Of a stretch of DNA of 56,640 nucleotides, positions 22,525 through 31,533 are shown one piece after another. Position 1 is the first letter of the stretch, and each line of letters opens with the position of its first letter. The notes beneath the pieces are model-generated. The model was not told where the DNA came from. It saw nothing but the letters and a program-made list of their open reading frames with translations, and ran no database searches. Source of the DNA: a bacterium (lineage in GTDB: Bacteria > Patescibacteriota > Patescibacteriia > UBA1558 > UBA10009); assembly GCA_018672055.1 (NCBI GenBank), contig JABHGM010000001.1, positions 890,093 through 946,732 of the forward strand, in the 5' to 3' direction. A program made the translations under genes and the position numbers.

Positions 22525-23913
22525 TTATTGATTAAATCTTTCTCTAAAGTAATCACTTAATTCTTCAATAGCTACTCTATCTTGCTTCATTGTATCTCTA
22601 TCCCTTACTGTAACCTTTTTATCTTCTAATGAATCAAAATCAAAAGTTAAACAATATGGTGTACCAATTTCATCATGTCTTCTATATCTTTTACCAATAC
22701 TACCAGTAACATCATAATCACACATCCTTTCAGTCTTAAGCATGTCATAAACCTGACGCGCTTCTTTATCTAATTTCTTAGATAAAGGAAGTATGGCTAC
22801 TTTAATTGGAGCTAAATCTTTATGTAGCTTTAAAACTACTTCAGTTTCATGTTTTGCATCTTTGTCACCACTTCTAGTTTCAACTTCTGTATAAGCATCA
22901 ATTAAGAAAGCTAGAGTTGCTCTATCACAACCACCTGATGTTTCAATAATATATGGAATATATTTCTCTTTAGCTTCTAAATCATTTACTTTTAAATCTT
23001 GCTTTGAATGTTTTTCATGCTGTGTTAAATCAAAATCAGATCTATTATGTATACCTTCAAGCTCTCTGTCTTGGAAAGGAAAATCATATTCAATATCTGT
23101 TGCTTGCTTAGCATAATGAACAAGTTCATCTTTTTTATGATCTCTAAACTTTAATTTCTTCTTATCCATGCCTAAACTTAAATACCAAGCCATTCTTCTT
23201 TCTTGCCATGTTTTAAACCATTTATCAGCATCTTTTGGATGAACAAAAAATTGCATTTCCATTTGTTCAAACTCTCTCATTCTAAATACAAAATTACCTG
23301 GAGTTATTTCATTTCTAAAAGCTTTACCAATTTGAGCTACACCAAAAGGTATCTTAACTTTCATGGAATTAAAAACATTTTGAAAATTAACATAAATACC
23401 TTGAGCTGTTTCAGGACGAAGATATATTTCTGATGTTTTACTCTCTAAAGCACCCATAAATGTTTTAAACATTAAATTAAAATCTCTAACATCAGTTAAT
23501 TCTCCATCACACTCAGGACACTTTAAATCATGTTTCTTAAATTCAGAGGGTCTAAAATCAGGTTTTAAGCCTTCTGCTTCTAATAGATGATCAGCTCTAA
23601 ATCTTTTTTTACAAGACTTGCAATCTACTAAAGGATCAGAAAAACCTTCTAAATGACCAGAAGCTTCCCATATCTTTGGATGCATGAGTATTCCGCTATC
23701 CAATCCAACTACATTATCATTTAATTGAACCATTTCTTTTAACCATGCTTTTTTAAGGTTATTCTTTAAAAGAACACCTAAAGGACCGTAATCATAGATT
23801 GAATTAATACCTCCATAGATTTCAGATGATTGAAAAATAAAGCCCCTTCGCTTTGCTAAAGAGACTATTTTCTCCATAAAATTATCATCGTTTTTACTTT
23901 CTTTTTTAGTCAT
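22525..23913 (-). CDS. glyQS: Glycine--tRNA ligase, homodimeric class II type
   Basis: 462 aa. RGFIFQSSEIYGG, LRPETAQGIYVNF and FRNEITPGNFVFRMREFEQMEMQFF are typical GlyQS motifs. Confidence 0.93.
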   Translation of the reverse strand: MTKKESKNDDNFMEKIVSLAKRRGFIFQSSEIYGGINSIYDYGPLGVLLKNNLKKAWLKEMVQLNDNVVGLDSGILMHPKIWEASGHLEGFSDPLVDCKSCKKRFRADHLLEAEGLKPDFRPSEFKKHDLKCPECDGELTDVRDFNLMFKTFMGALESKTSEIYLRPETAQGIYVNFQNVFNSMKVKIPFGVAQIGKAFRNEITPGNFVFRMREFEQMEMQFFVHPKDADKWFKTWQERRMAWYLSLGMDKKKLKFRDHKKDELVHYAKQATDIEYDFPFQDRELEGIHNRSDFDLTQHEKHSKQDLKVNDLEAKEKYIPYIIETSGGCDRATLAFLIDAYTEVETRSGDKDAKHETEVVLKLHKDLAPIKVAILPLSKKLDKEARQVYDMLKTERMCDYDVTGSIGKRYRRHDEIGTPYCLTFDFDSLEDKKVTVRDRDTMKQDRVAIEELSDYFRERFNQ

Positions 23914-23947
23914 AAATAAAATTAATAATCATTAAAAGATTTACTTA

Positions 23948-23976
23948 ATTATAATAAAATAAGGTGTTTTTGGCAA
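23948..23976 (-). promoter_or_regulatory. Candidate glyQS promoter
   Basis: Minus strand: TTGCCA (23971-23976), 17 nt, TATAAT (23948-23953). It leaves only a ~30-nt leader. Confidence 0.4.
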
Positions 23977-23987
23977 ATAGTTAATTA

Positions 23988-24016
23988 TTGACAAAATAGT
24001 ATATATCTGTTATTCT
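23988..24016 (+). promoter_or_regulatory. Candidate promoter of the orphan plus-strand gene, back to back with the glyQS promoter
   Basis: TTGACA (23988-23993), 17 nt, TATTCT (24011-24016). The same TTGACAAAATA string occurs at the RHS promoter (35099). Confidence 0.4.
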
Positions 24017-24022
24017 ACTTTG

Positions 24023-24100
24023 AAGATTAGAGATGCTTTAATAAATAAGGAAGTATCTTACTCTATCAATTATAGAGTAGTCATTTACTGAACTAATCTT
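24023..24100 (+). promoter_or_regulatory. Candidate structured 5' leader: 78-nt three-way junction made of three nested, abutting 8-bp stems
   Basis: P1 aagattag (24023-24030) pairs with ctaatctt (24093-24100). P2 agatgctt (24031-24038) pairs with aagtatct (24051-24058), with one G-U. P3 tactctat (24059-24066) pairs with atagagta (24072-24079). A 13-nt single strand gtcatttactgaa follows. P1 starts about 7 nt after the predicted -10. The G-U becomes C-A on the minus strand, favouring the plus strand. Confidence 0.3.
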
Positions 24101-24145
24101 AAACGAACCTTAACACTCCAAATCAAATCAAACCAAGGAGATCAA

Positions 24146-24592
24146 ATGTTAAAATCCTATAGAATAAATAGTTATCGCCATATTATGAATTATGGTTGGG
24201 ATATCGAAAAATATAGATACATTGTAATATCAATATACAGTTATATCTGTAATCATGAAAAAGTAATAAAACATACTTGTGTTTCCATTACTGTTTCGGA
24301 TGAAAAAGAAGACAAGAGCATAACCGTCAACTTTGACAGAGAAATGCTTATCCAAAATTTTATAGAAAAAAAAGGAGATATGAGTCAACCGGACTACTTT
24401 CCTTCACAATATGCTGATGAAGAATCTGATATGAAATTAGATAATCATCGTAAAGGTCAATTCCAACTGAAAAATAATAATAAAATTGAGATACAAGCTA
24501 TTAATGTGAAACCTGGCACCAATCGTATACTCATAGCAGTTGTTAATTTTAACGAATTCATGGATGCCTTAGATAACTTAAGATCTATTTAA
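24146..24592 (+). CDS. Orphan hypothetical protein; the only plus-strand gene in the 35-kb housekeeping block
   Basis: 148-aa ORF with a strong SD (AAGGAG, 6 nt upstream of the ATG). It has no signal peptide and no family I recognise. Own promoter and terminator. Confidence 0.55.
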   Translation: MLKSYRINSYRHIMNYGWDIEKYRYIVISIYSYICNHEKVIKHTCVSITVSDEKEDKSITVNFDREMLIQNFIEKKGDMSQPDYFPSQYADEESDMKLDNHRKGQFQLKNNNKIEIQAINVKPGTNRILIAVVNFNEFMDALDNLRSI

Positions 24593-24606
24593 TTAATTCA
24601 ATCAAA

Positions 24607-24634
24607 AAAAGCCCTCAACTTACCGAGGGCTTTT
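24607..24634. terminator. Bidirectional terminator shared by the orphan gene (+) and gpsA (-)
   Basis: aaaagccctc-aacttacc-gagggctttt, with an A-run on one side and a T-run on the other. Confidence 0.7.
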
Positions 24635-24648
24635 CATTTTAAATAAAA

Positions 24649-25578
24649 TTATTTACTAATCAATACTTTAACTAATTCATTAGGGTCCATGCCTTCATAT
24701 AAAATATCGTAAACCATTTCACAGATAGGCATTTTAAGATCATATTTTTCTTTAATTGGATGTATAGCTTTAGCTGTGGGTACTCCTTCTGCTCCTTCAT
24801 CTAATTTTTTTTCTTTAACCCATTTTTCACCAGCTGCCCTATTTCTACTAAACTCAGAAAATACTGTAGCTCCATAATCACCAAGATGTGATAAACCATA
24901 AGCTGTTTCTTTCTTACCACCCATAGCTTGAATTAAGTTACCAACTTCACGTGGTCCTTTAACAATTAATATATCTTTCAAAGTTGTTTTATTAAGTCCA
25001 TCTAAAATACCAGCAGCTATACCTATTACATTCTTTAAAGCACCACCTATTTCTACACCTATTAAATCTTCATCTTTTTCTATAGCTACTAAATCTGTAT
25101 GACATACTTTACTAAGTTCATCTAAGATAAATGAATTACTACAAGCTAAAGAAAAAACAGTTGGTACATTTTTAGCAATTCCTTGAGGATGTCCAGGGCC
25201 TAGTAAAACAGCTACATCAACCTTTCCTAATATTTCATGAGTGACTTGTGATAAGGTTTTTCTAGTTTTAACTTCTATGCCTTTCATAGCTAAGATTAAA
25301 ACTTTATTCTCTAAGTTATATTCTTTAAGCTTTGAACAAAAATCTCTGTAGTATTGGGCACTTATAGCAATGAAAATATAATCATTTTTTAAAGCCTCAT
25401 CTAAATCACTAGTTATATTAATTTCCGAAGATAACTCTAAAAAGTCGTTTTTACGACTTTTTTTTATATCTTTAATGTCTTCTTCTCTACCCCATAGGGT
25501 TACTTGGTTACCGTAGTTATTATGTAACCAAGCTAACGTTGATCCCCAACGTCCAGGGCCAATTACTGTTATCTTCAT
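24649..25578 (-). CDS. gpsA: NAD(P)H-dependent glycerol-3-phosphate dehydrogenase
   Basis: 309 aa. N-terminal Rossmann motif VIGPGRWGS, plus GALKNVIGIAAGI and GLSHLGD. Confidence 0.88.
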   Translation of the reverse strand: MKITVIGPGRWGSTLAWLHNNYGNQVTLWGREEDIKDIKKSRKNDFLELSSEINITSDLDEALKNDYIFIAISAQYYRDFCSKLKEYNLENKVLILAMKGIEVKTRKTLSQVTHEILGKVDVAVLLGPGHPQGIAKNVPTVFSLACSNSFILDELSKVCHTDLVAIEKDEDLIGVEIGGALKNVIGIAAGILDGLNKTTLKDILIVKGPREVGNLIQAMGGKKETAYGLSHLGDYGATVFSEFSRNRAAGEKWVKEKKLDEGAEGVPTAKAIHPIKEKYDLKMPICEMVYDILYEGMDPNELVKVLISK

Positions 25579-25581
25579 AAT

Positions 25582-28194
25582 TTAAAATCTTTTAGCTCTA
25601 TTAACTCTTAATTCTCCTCCTTTATCTAAAATAACTTTGTCTCTTCTATTAATTTTACCTTTCAATAAATAATTAGCTAAAGCATTATCAACTCTTTCTT
25701 GAATAACTCTTCTTAAAGGTCTAGCTCCAAAAACAGGATCAAAACCAGCTTCAGCTATTTCACTTATTGCTTCATCTGTTATTTCTAAATAAATACCTTT
25801 GGACTTTAATCTTTTTACTACTTTATTTAAAAGTAAAACTGTAATTTTTTGAATATCTTCTGGACTTAGAGGTTTAAATACTACTACACCATCAAAACGA
25901 TTTAAAAATTCTGGCTTATAATATTCTTTTAATTCATTATTTATTAAATCTTCTTTTATTTCATCAATATTTTTACCTGCTTGTATATTATCTTGTATAA
26001 ACTGAGTACCAGCATTTGAAGTAGCGATTATAATACAATTAGTAAAATCAACAGTTCTGCCTTTACCATCAGTTAATCTACCATCATCCATTACTTGTAA
26101 AAATATATTTAATATATCAGGATGAGCTTTTTCAATTTCATCAAGTAAAAGTAAAGAAAATGGTTTCTGACGTATACTTTCTGTTAAATAACCACTCTCC
26201 CCGCTTCTCCCAATTAATTTATCTAAATCATTCTTATTCTGATACTCACTCATATCAAGCCTAACCATTTTATCTTCACTACCAAAATATATTTGAGATA
26301 CAGTTTTAGCAAGTTCAGTTTTACCTACACCTGTTGGACCTAAGAATAATAAATTTACTATTGGTTTACTAGTATCCCTGAGTTCAGTTCTAGCTCTTCT
26401 TAAAGCTGAAGAAACAAATTCAACAGCTTCGTTCTGATCAACCATTCTTTGATGTATTTTATCTTCAAGATTTAATAATTTTTCTGATTCTTCCTGACTT
26501 ATCTCAGTTAAAGGAATATCAGTATGGCTTGATATAATTTTAGCAATATCTTCACCAGTTATCATAGCTCTTTTACCTTTTTCTTGTTTAACCATACCAA
26601 CAACCTCTTCTAAAACATGAATTGCTTTATCTGGTAAGTAATGATCAGGAATATATCTACGTGATAAGGCAACTGCTTTAGCAATAGCATTATATGAAAA
26701 ATAGACACTATTTTTACTTTCCAAAGCACCTACTTTAGATTCAATCATTTGAATAGCTTCATTGTCTTCAGGCTCTTTAACTTCAATTCTCTGAAGTATT
26801 TGACCTAAAGTTGAATCTTCTAAATAAGTCTTGAAATCTTGAGGATGTGTTGTGGCTATAGTAATAACACTCTTACGATTTAAAAACTTAGAAAATATTT
26901 CAGCTAAATCAACATTTTCTGTACCTTGCGAGGTTACCCCAACTAAATCATGTATATTTTCTATATGTAATATAATATTACCAGCTCTTACTATTTCTTT
27001 AATAATAATCATTACTTTTTGTTCAAGTTCGTTAGGATGCGTTGCCCCAGCAATTAAATGAGCTACAGATAATGATACTAAACGTTTATCTTGTAAAATC
27101 TTAGGCACTTCTTCAGCAACCATACGATTAGCTAAACCTTCAATTATATTAGTAGCCCCAACCCCAGGTAAACCAACTAAAACTACACTATTTCTACCAC
27201 CTTGAATAATATTGAATATTTCACTATATTCTTTTTCACGAGCTACACATATTGGTAAATAACCAGATTTGGCTAAAGCTGTTAAGTCTTCACTAAAACT
27301 ATCAAGTACAGGTGTTGCCATAGCTGTCATAGCCCTATCCATAGTACCCTTAGGTTTAAAATATGATTTTGACCTATATCTCTTGTATCTAGCACTTAAC
27401 ATTTTTTGCATGTTAGCCCATTTAATAACATTAGATACTGCATCTGGAGTTATTTTTAAATCAAGTAAAATATCTTGAATAACCTCATCATTTGTAATAA
27501 GTGCTTCAAGTAAATCTGTTACTTCTACATTAGTACGTGATTCTTGATAAGCTAGAATATAGGCGTCATGTAATATATTATTTATTTTCTCATCTACTTC
27601 TGTCTTATCTACAGCTAAATTATCTATAATCCTGCCAGATATTGCTTTCAAATCATTTATACCAACACCTAAACGGCTAAATACAATATTAATTGTTTTA
27701 ACTTTAAGTATCCCATCAAATAAATATGAAGAGTTAAATAAATGTTTTCTCTTAAAAGCATTTAAATATGATTTATCTATTATCCTTAGAGCTTCTAAAG
27801 TAAAAGAATCGGCCATATCAATACGTTTTAAATTCTTTTTACTTGTTAACTTCTCAAAACTCTTTTTTAAAACAGAAAATGATTTTTTTGATTCCAATCC
27901 TATGTTATATATTAAATACATTAGGATTATAATAGACCACCAGAATCTAATTAAATATTCTCCTTTATATGATTCTAAACTAAATATTGGCAAACCAGTC
28001 CTAAAAGCTACTACTATCCAATATATAAATGAAATAAAACCAAGTAAAACTAAAACAGAAAAAACAAGCCTAACTATTTTATTAATTACATATTTAAATT
28101 GTCTTAAGCGTATATCTTGATAACTAAAAACTCTACCCCAATACAATTGTTTATTCTCAAGTTCTAAATATTCTTTTTTAATATTATCTTCCAT
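25582..28194 (-). CDS. Membrane-anchored Clp/Hsp100-family AAA+ protein with a degenerate first nucleotide-binding module and an intact second one
   Basis: 870 aa. Two N-terminal TM helices (res ~40-100) are followed by Clp_N-like repeats. NBD1 reads GLPGVGAT (27151-27174, verified on DNA) where Clp proteins have GEPGVGKT, ILHIENIH in place of ILFIDELH, and AGATHPNELE in place of AGAKYRGEFE. NBD2 is canonical: GPTGVGKT and LLLDEIEKAHPDI. Confidence 0.85.
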   Translation of the reverse strand: MEDNIKKEYLELENKQLYWGRVFSYQDIRLRQFKYVINKIVRLVFSVLVLLGFISFIYWIVVAFRTGLPIFSLESYKGEYLIRFWWSIIILMYLIYNIGLESKKSFSVLKKSFEKLTSKKNLKRIDMADSFTLEALRIIDKSYLNAFKRKHLFNSSYLFDGILKVKTINIVFSRLGVGINDLKAISGRIIDNLAVDKTEVDEKINNILHDAYILAYQESRTNVEVTDLLEALITNDEVIQDILLDLKITPDAVSNVIKWANMQKMLSARYKRYRSKSYFKPKGTMDRAMTAMATPVLDSFSEDLTALAKSGYLPICVAREKEYSEIFNIIQGGRNSVVLVGLPGVGATNIIEGLANRMVAEEVPKILQDKRLVSLSVAHLIAGATHPNELEQKVMIIIKEIVRAGNIILHIENIHDLVGVTSQGTENVDLAEIFSKFLNRKSVITIATTHPQDFKTYLEDSTLGQILQRIEVKEPEDNEAIQMIESKVGALESKNSVYFSYNAIAKAVALSRRYIPDHYLPDKAIHVLEEVVGMVKQEKGKRAMITGEDIAKIISSHTDIPLTEISQEESEKLLNLEDKIHQRMVDQNEAVEFVSSALRRARTELRDTSKPIVNLLFLGPTGVGKTELAKTVSQIYFGSEDKMVRLDMSEYQNKNDLDKLIGRSGESGYLTESIRQKPFSLLLLDEIEKAHPDILNIFLQVMDDGRLTDGKGRTVDFTNCIIIATSNAGTQFIQDNIQAGKNIDEIKEDLINNELKEYYKPEFLNRFDGVVVFKPLSPEDIQKITVLLLNKVVKRLKSKGIYLEITDEAISEIAEAGFDPVFGARPLRRVIQERVDNALANYLLKGKINRRDKVILDKGGELRVNRAKRF

Positions 28195-28555
28195 ATGAAT
28201 TATATAACATCCAAATAGTAAAAATTGGTAAAATTAAATATATAACGATTAGAGATGATAAAAATATAGTAATAGTAATCATAATAGCGAGTCTAAATAA
28301 AATCTGAATAACTCTCATAAAAAATGATATTATACGAGAGCCTGCATCGTATTGCCCATACATAGGTCTAAATATATTTTTAAACCAAACATCAAGGGCT
28401 AAACTATGCCAAGCAATTAGAATACGTTTACCTATTATTTTTAAGGTAATTAAAAAACCGTTAGTATACCACCAAAACGGCCAATACAATAAATGTTTAA
28501 TTAAATCAATTATAGTATATTTAACTAAGTTTAAAGGGAAATTATTAGTTTTCAT
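28184..28555 (-). CDS. Small membrane protein, function unknown; overlaps the clp-like gene by 11 nt
   Basis: 123-aa ORF rich in hydrophobic and aromatic residues. Translationally coupled with the downstream AAA+ gene. Confidence 0.5.
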   Translation of the reverse strand: MKTNNFPLNLVKYTIIDLIKHLLYWPFWWYTNGFLITLKIIGKRILIAWHSLALDVWFKNIFRPMYGQYDAGSRIISFFMRVIQILFRLAIMITITIFLSSLIVIYLILPIFTIWMLYNSYGR

Positions 28556-28587
28556 ACTCTAATTTTAGCATAAATACTAATATCTAG

Positions 28588-29667
28588 CTATAATTTATTA
28601 TTTTTAATAGCTAGTCTTATTTCTTTCATTAAGTTTAAATAAAACTCAATATTATTTAAAGTTGCTAGTCTTAAAGCTAAAGGTTCTTTAACTGAGAATA
28701 AATGTCTTAAATAACCTTTAGTATACTCTCTAAGTTCTAGAATGTTTGATTTAGAGTTAATAGCACTTAAAGCATTTTTAAATTTAGCATTATTAATATT
28801 AATAGTTGAATTATTTTTTAAATTACCAAAATATAATCTACCATGTCTGGCTTCACGTGTTGGAATCACGCAATCAAACATATCTACTCCCCTTTTAACT
28901 GCTTCTATTATTTGTTTTGGGTAACCAACGCCCATTAAATAGTGTGGCTTGTCTTCAGGAAGTTCTGGGATGGTATAATCTAAAACTGATAACATATCTT
29001 TAACGGTTTCACCAACAGCAAGTCCACCAATAGCATACCCATCAAAACCTATTTTACTTAGATCTTGAGCACATTTAATTCTTAAATCTTTATATAATGA
29101 ACCTTGAACAATGCAAAATAATAATTGCTTATTTTTTTTCTTAACTTTTTTACATTTACTTGCCCATTTAACAGACTTAAGCACTGCACTAGCTGCAGTA
29201 TCTTTAGAACATGGATTTTTAACACACTCATCTAAAACCATCATAATATCTGAATTAAATGTTTCCTGCATTCTAATAACACGTGTTGGTGTAAACAAAT
29301 GTTTTGAACCATCATAAACTGATTTAAAGGTAACTCCATTTTCTTTAACCTTTACCATGCCATTATGATTTAATGAAAAAACCTGAAAACCACCAGAATC
29401 AGTAAGTATTGGTTTAGACCAATTAACAAACTTATGCAAACCTTTAAACTTTTTAATAACACTAAGCCCTGGTTTTAAATATAGATGATAAGTATTACCT
29501 AAAATAATTTGAGAATTTAATTTAGTTAAATCATCTGTAGTTAACGCTTTAACGCTACCACGTGTTGCAATAGGCATAAAAAAAGGAGTCTCAATGAGAC
29601 CATGTTTTGTTTTAAGCTTACCTAACCTTGCTTTAGATTTTTTGCTTTTTTTTATTATTTTAAACAT
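28588..29667 (-). CDS. tgt: tRNA-guanine transglycosylase (queuine tRNA-ribosyltransferase)
   Basis: 359 aa. LTDSGGFQVFSL, GGLAVGE, YLMGVGYP and VDMFDCVIPTR are Tgt active-site strings. The usual CxCxxC zinc motif is replaced (see findings). Confidence 0.9.
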   Translation of the reverse strand: MFKIIKKSKKSKARLGKLKTKHGLIETPFFMPIATRGSVKALTTDDLTKLNSQIILGNTYHLYLKPGLSVIKKFKGLHKFVNWSKPILTDSGGFQVFSLNHNGMVKVKENGVTFKSVYDGSKHLFTPTRVIRMQETFNSDIMMVLDECVKNPCSKDTAASAVLKSVKWASKCKKVKKKNKQLLFCIVQGSLYKDLRIKCAQDLSKIGFDGYAIGGLAVGETVKDMLSVLDYTIPELPEDKPHYLMGVGYPKQIIEAVKRGVDMFDCVIPTREARHGRLYFGNLKNNSTININNAKFKNALSAINSKSNILELREYTKGYLRHLFSVKEPLALRLATLNNIEFYLNLMKEIRLAIKNNKL

Positions 29668-29670
29668 AAA

Positions 29671-31533
29671 TTAGGGAGCGATTACTTTACCCTGCTTCTC
29701 TACTCTAGGATCACCAAGTAATTCAGAGGTAAGTAAATTACTATTCTTTGATATAGGTGAATCTGTTTCTTTTTCCACACCAGTTAACTGTGTTGGATTT
29801 GTTAAAATAAGTAGTTGATTAATTTGATTACCTTCTGGTATTACACCTACTTCAAAACTAGCCATTATCTGAGTACGAGCTGATATATCATCTAAAGTCC
29901 ATTTAATTTCCCTAGATGTTTCATCATAATTTAAACTACCAGCAGTTGTACTTCCGTCACCACCTTTATATGTAATATATGGTGGTAGAGAAGTTTTAAC
30001 TTCAAAATCATTTAAACCATGTGGTCCAGAAAATACTTTCCAATAAATCATATATTCTGTTTCTTCTCCCACAGTTGGTGGTATTGGTCCAGAACCTACT
30101 ACAGTATATTGATCTAAATAATATCTAGCTTCAGTAATAAGTTCAGTATCTACTATTATGTAACCTGTTTCTAAAGAACTAATTACTTTTTCATTTTTAG
30201 TTGCAAAGTTAAAACTAAGTGTAGCTATTGCTTCAATCATTAATTCTTCAGGTGAGATTAAATTAAAATCATCTCCTTGAGAAAGAAGTGGTAAAGAAAA
30301 AGTTAATTCATAACTATCATCTTCTTTAATTTCTTTTAAATTATTACCAAAGCCACCAATGTCTGGAGAAAAAACTAATGTTTTAATTTGTAAATCAGAA
30401 TTAGCAACATTTACTCTATCATAATCAATAACAAAAGAATTAGTATCAATTGTTAATAAAGCATTATTAATTGTAGTTTTTCCAAGATTTTCTAAATTTA
30501 ATTTAAATTCAGCATTACCACCCCAAACTAAGTTATCTTTATTTAACATTTCTAAAATTAAACTAATTTCAGGAGAATTTATTTTAATTATTCGTTCTTC
30601 TATATATATTAATCTTTGTTCAGTAACATTATCTTTTACTAAATCTTGTTTTATATTAAATTGCCAATTTACTTCATTCCTAGCTTCTTTACTAAAGACA
30701 CCTTTTAAATATATTTCACCTGACTCATGAGCAGGTATTTTTTCTAAATCAAATACTAAACTAGAAGTTGAAGTAGATTCAATGATCTCAAAGTAATCAC
30801 CTAATAAAAATTCAAATTGAATACCGTTCATTTCTTGAGCTGTTGTATTTTTATAATTTACTTTAAATTCTACTTCATCTCCTTTATTAATATCACTTGG
30901 AGCTTCTATATCAACCTCAAATAAAACATCATTTATTTCTATATTTGAACTAAGATCAGCTTTAAATGTAGAATTAAAATTAAGAGGCATATAATAAAGA
31001 GTTACTAAAAATTCCTTATTATCATTCTTTTTACCAATTAATTGTCCATTAATTTCAAGACTAGCGCTTTCTCCAGGACCAATACTATTAAGTTGCCAAA
31101 CATTTTTTTCCTGACCTATTGGATCGAGTGTTGCTGAATTAAAAAAGAAACCTTCAGGATATTGAATTACCACCTCTATATCTTTTAAAGCTACTTTATC
31201 AATATTTTCATAATTTAAAACTAATTTTACTTCTTCACCAGAAGCTACAGCTTTAGGAGAACTTAATGATACTTTAACAGACTCAGATGTAAAATCACCA
31301 TTATTTGACATAAACATACTAGAAATAATAGCAATTAAAAGAATTAGTATTAAAAATACTAAAGTATAGAAAGGTTTCTTACTTTTTCTCTTAGGAGATC
31401 TATTCATCCTTGAATAATTTTTTTTATTTGATCTTTTCTTTTTAGGTTTGGAAATAGTAGTTTTTACTCTTCTACTTTGTCTTAAATCAACTACTTTTTG
31501 TGAACCTCTTCTTAAATCAAGAGATCTTGCCAT
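29671..31533 (-). CDS. Membrane-anchored surface protein: Lys/Arg-rich cytoplasmic head, one TM helix, repeated beta-sandwich-like (CARDB/DUF11-like) segments
   Basis: 620 aa. The basic N-terminus (KPKKKRSNKK..KRKSKK) is followed by the TM segment FYTLVFLILILLIAIISSMF. Recurrent strings such as SGEEVKLVLNYENI, KGDEVEFKVNYKNT and GGNAEFKLNLENLG suggest repeated Ig-like modules. No family assigned. Confidence 0.55.
   Translation of the reverse strand: MARSLDLRRGSQKVVDLRQSRRVKTTISKPKKKRSNKKNYSRMNRSPKRKSKKPFYTLVFLILILLIAIISSMFMSNNGDFTSESVKVSLSSPKAVASGEEVKLVLNYENIDKVALKDIEVVIQYPEGFFFNSATLDPIGQEKNVWQLNSIGPGESASLEINGQLIGKKNDNKEFLVTLYYMPLNFNSTFKADLSSNIEINDVLFEVDIEAPSDINKGDEVEFKVNYKNTTAQEMNGIQFEFLLGDYFEIIESTSTSSLVFDLEKIPAHESGEIYLKGVFSKEARNEVNWQFNIKQDLVKDNVTEQRLIYIEERIIKINSPEISLILEMLNKDNLVWGGNAEFKLNLENLGKTTINNALLTIDTNSFVIDYDRVNVANSDLQIKTLVFSPDIGGFGNNLKEIKEDDSYELTFSLPLLSQGDDFNLISPEELMIEAIATLSFNFATKNEKVISSLETGYIIVDTELITEARYYLDQYTVVGSGPIPPTVGEETEYMIYWKVFSGPHGLNDFEVKTSLPPYITYKGGDGSTTAGSLNYDETSREIKWTLDDISARTQIMASFEVGVIPEGNQINQLLILTNPTQLTGVEKETDSPISKNSNLLTSELLGDPRVEKQGKVIAP

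Noticed and set aside
24023-24100. Identification of the three-stem leader as a purine, TPP or other known three-way-junction riboswitch, or as a hammerhead ribozyme
   Set aside because: The junctions J1/2 and J2/3 are 0 nt, and the conserved junction and loop nucleotides I remember for those classes (purine J2/3 and C74/U74 context, TPP CUGAGA, hammerhead CUGAUGA..GAAA) are absent. It stays an unclassified candidate only.
23914-24145. T-box or other aaRS leader upstream of glyQS; also considered for ileS (35029-35098) and metG
   Set aside because: The best minus-strand promoters leave leaders of only about 25-35 nt, far too short for a T-box. metG starts 1 nt after rsmI. The structured element at 24023-24100 folds better on the plus strand, where the wobble is G-U, than on the minus strand, where it is C-A.
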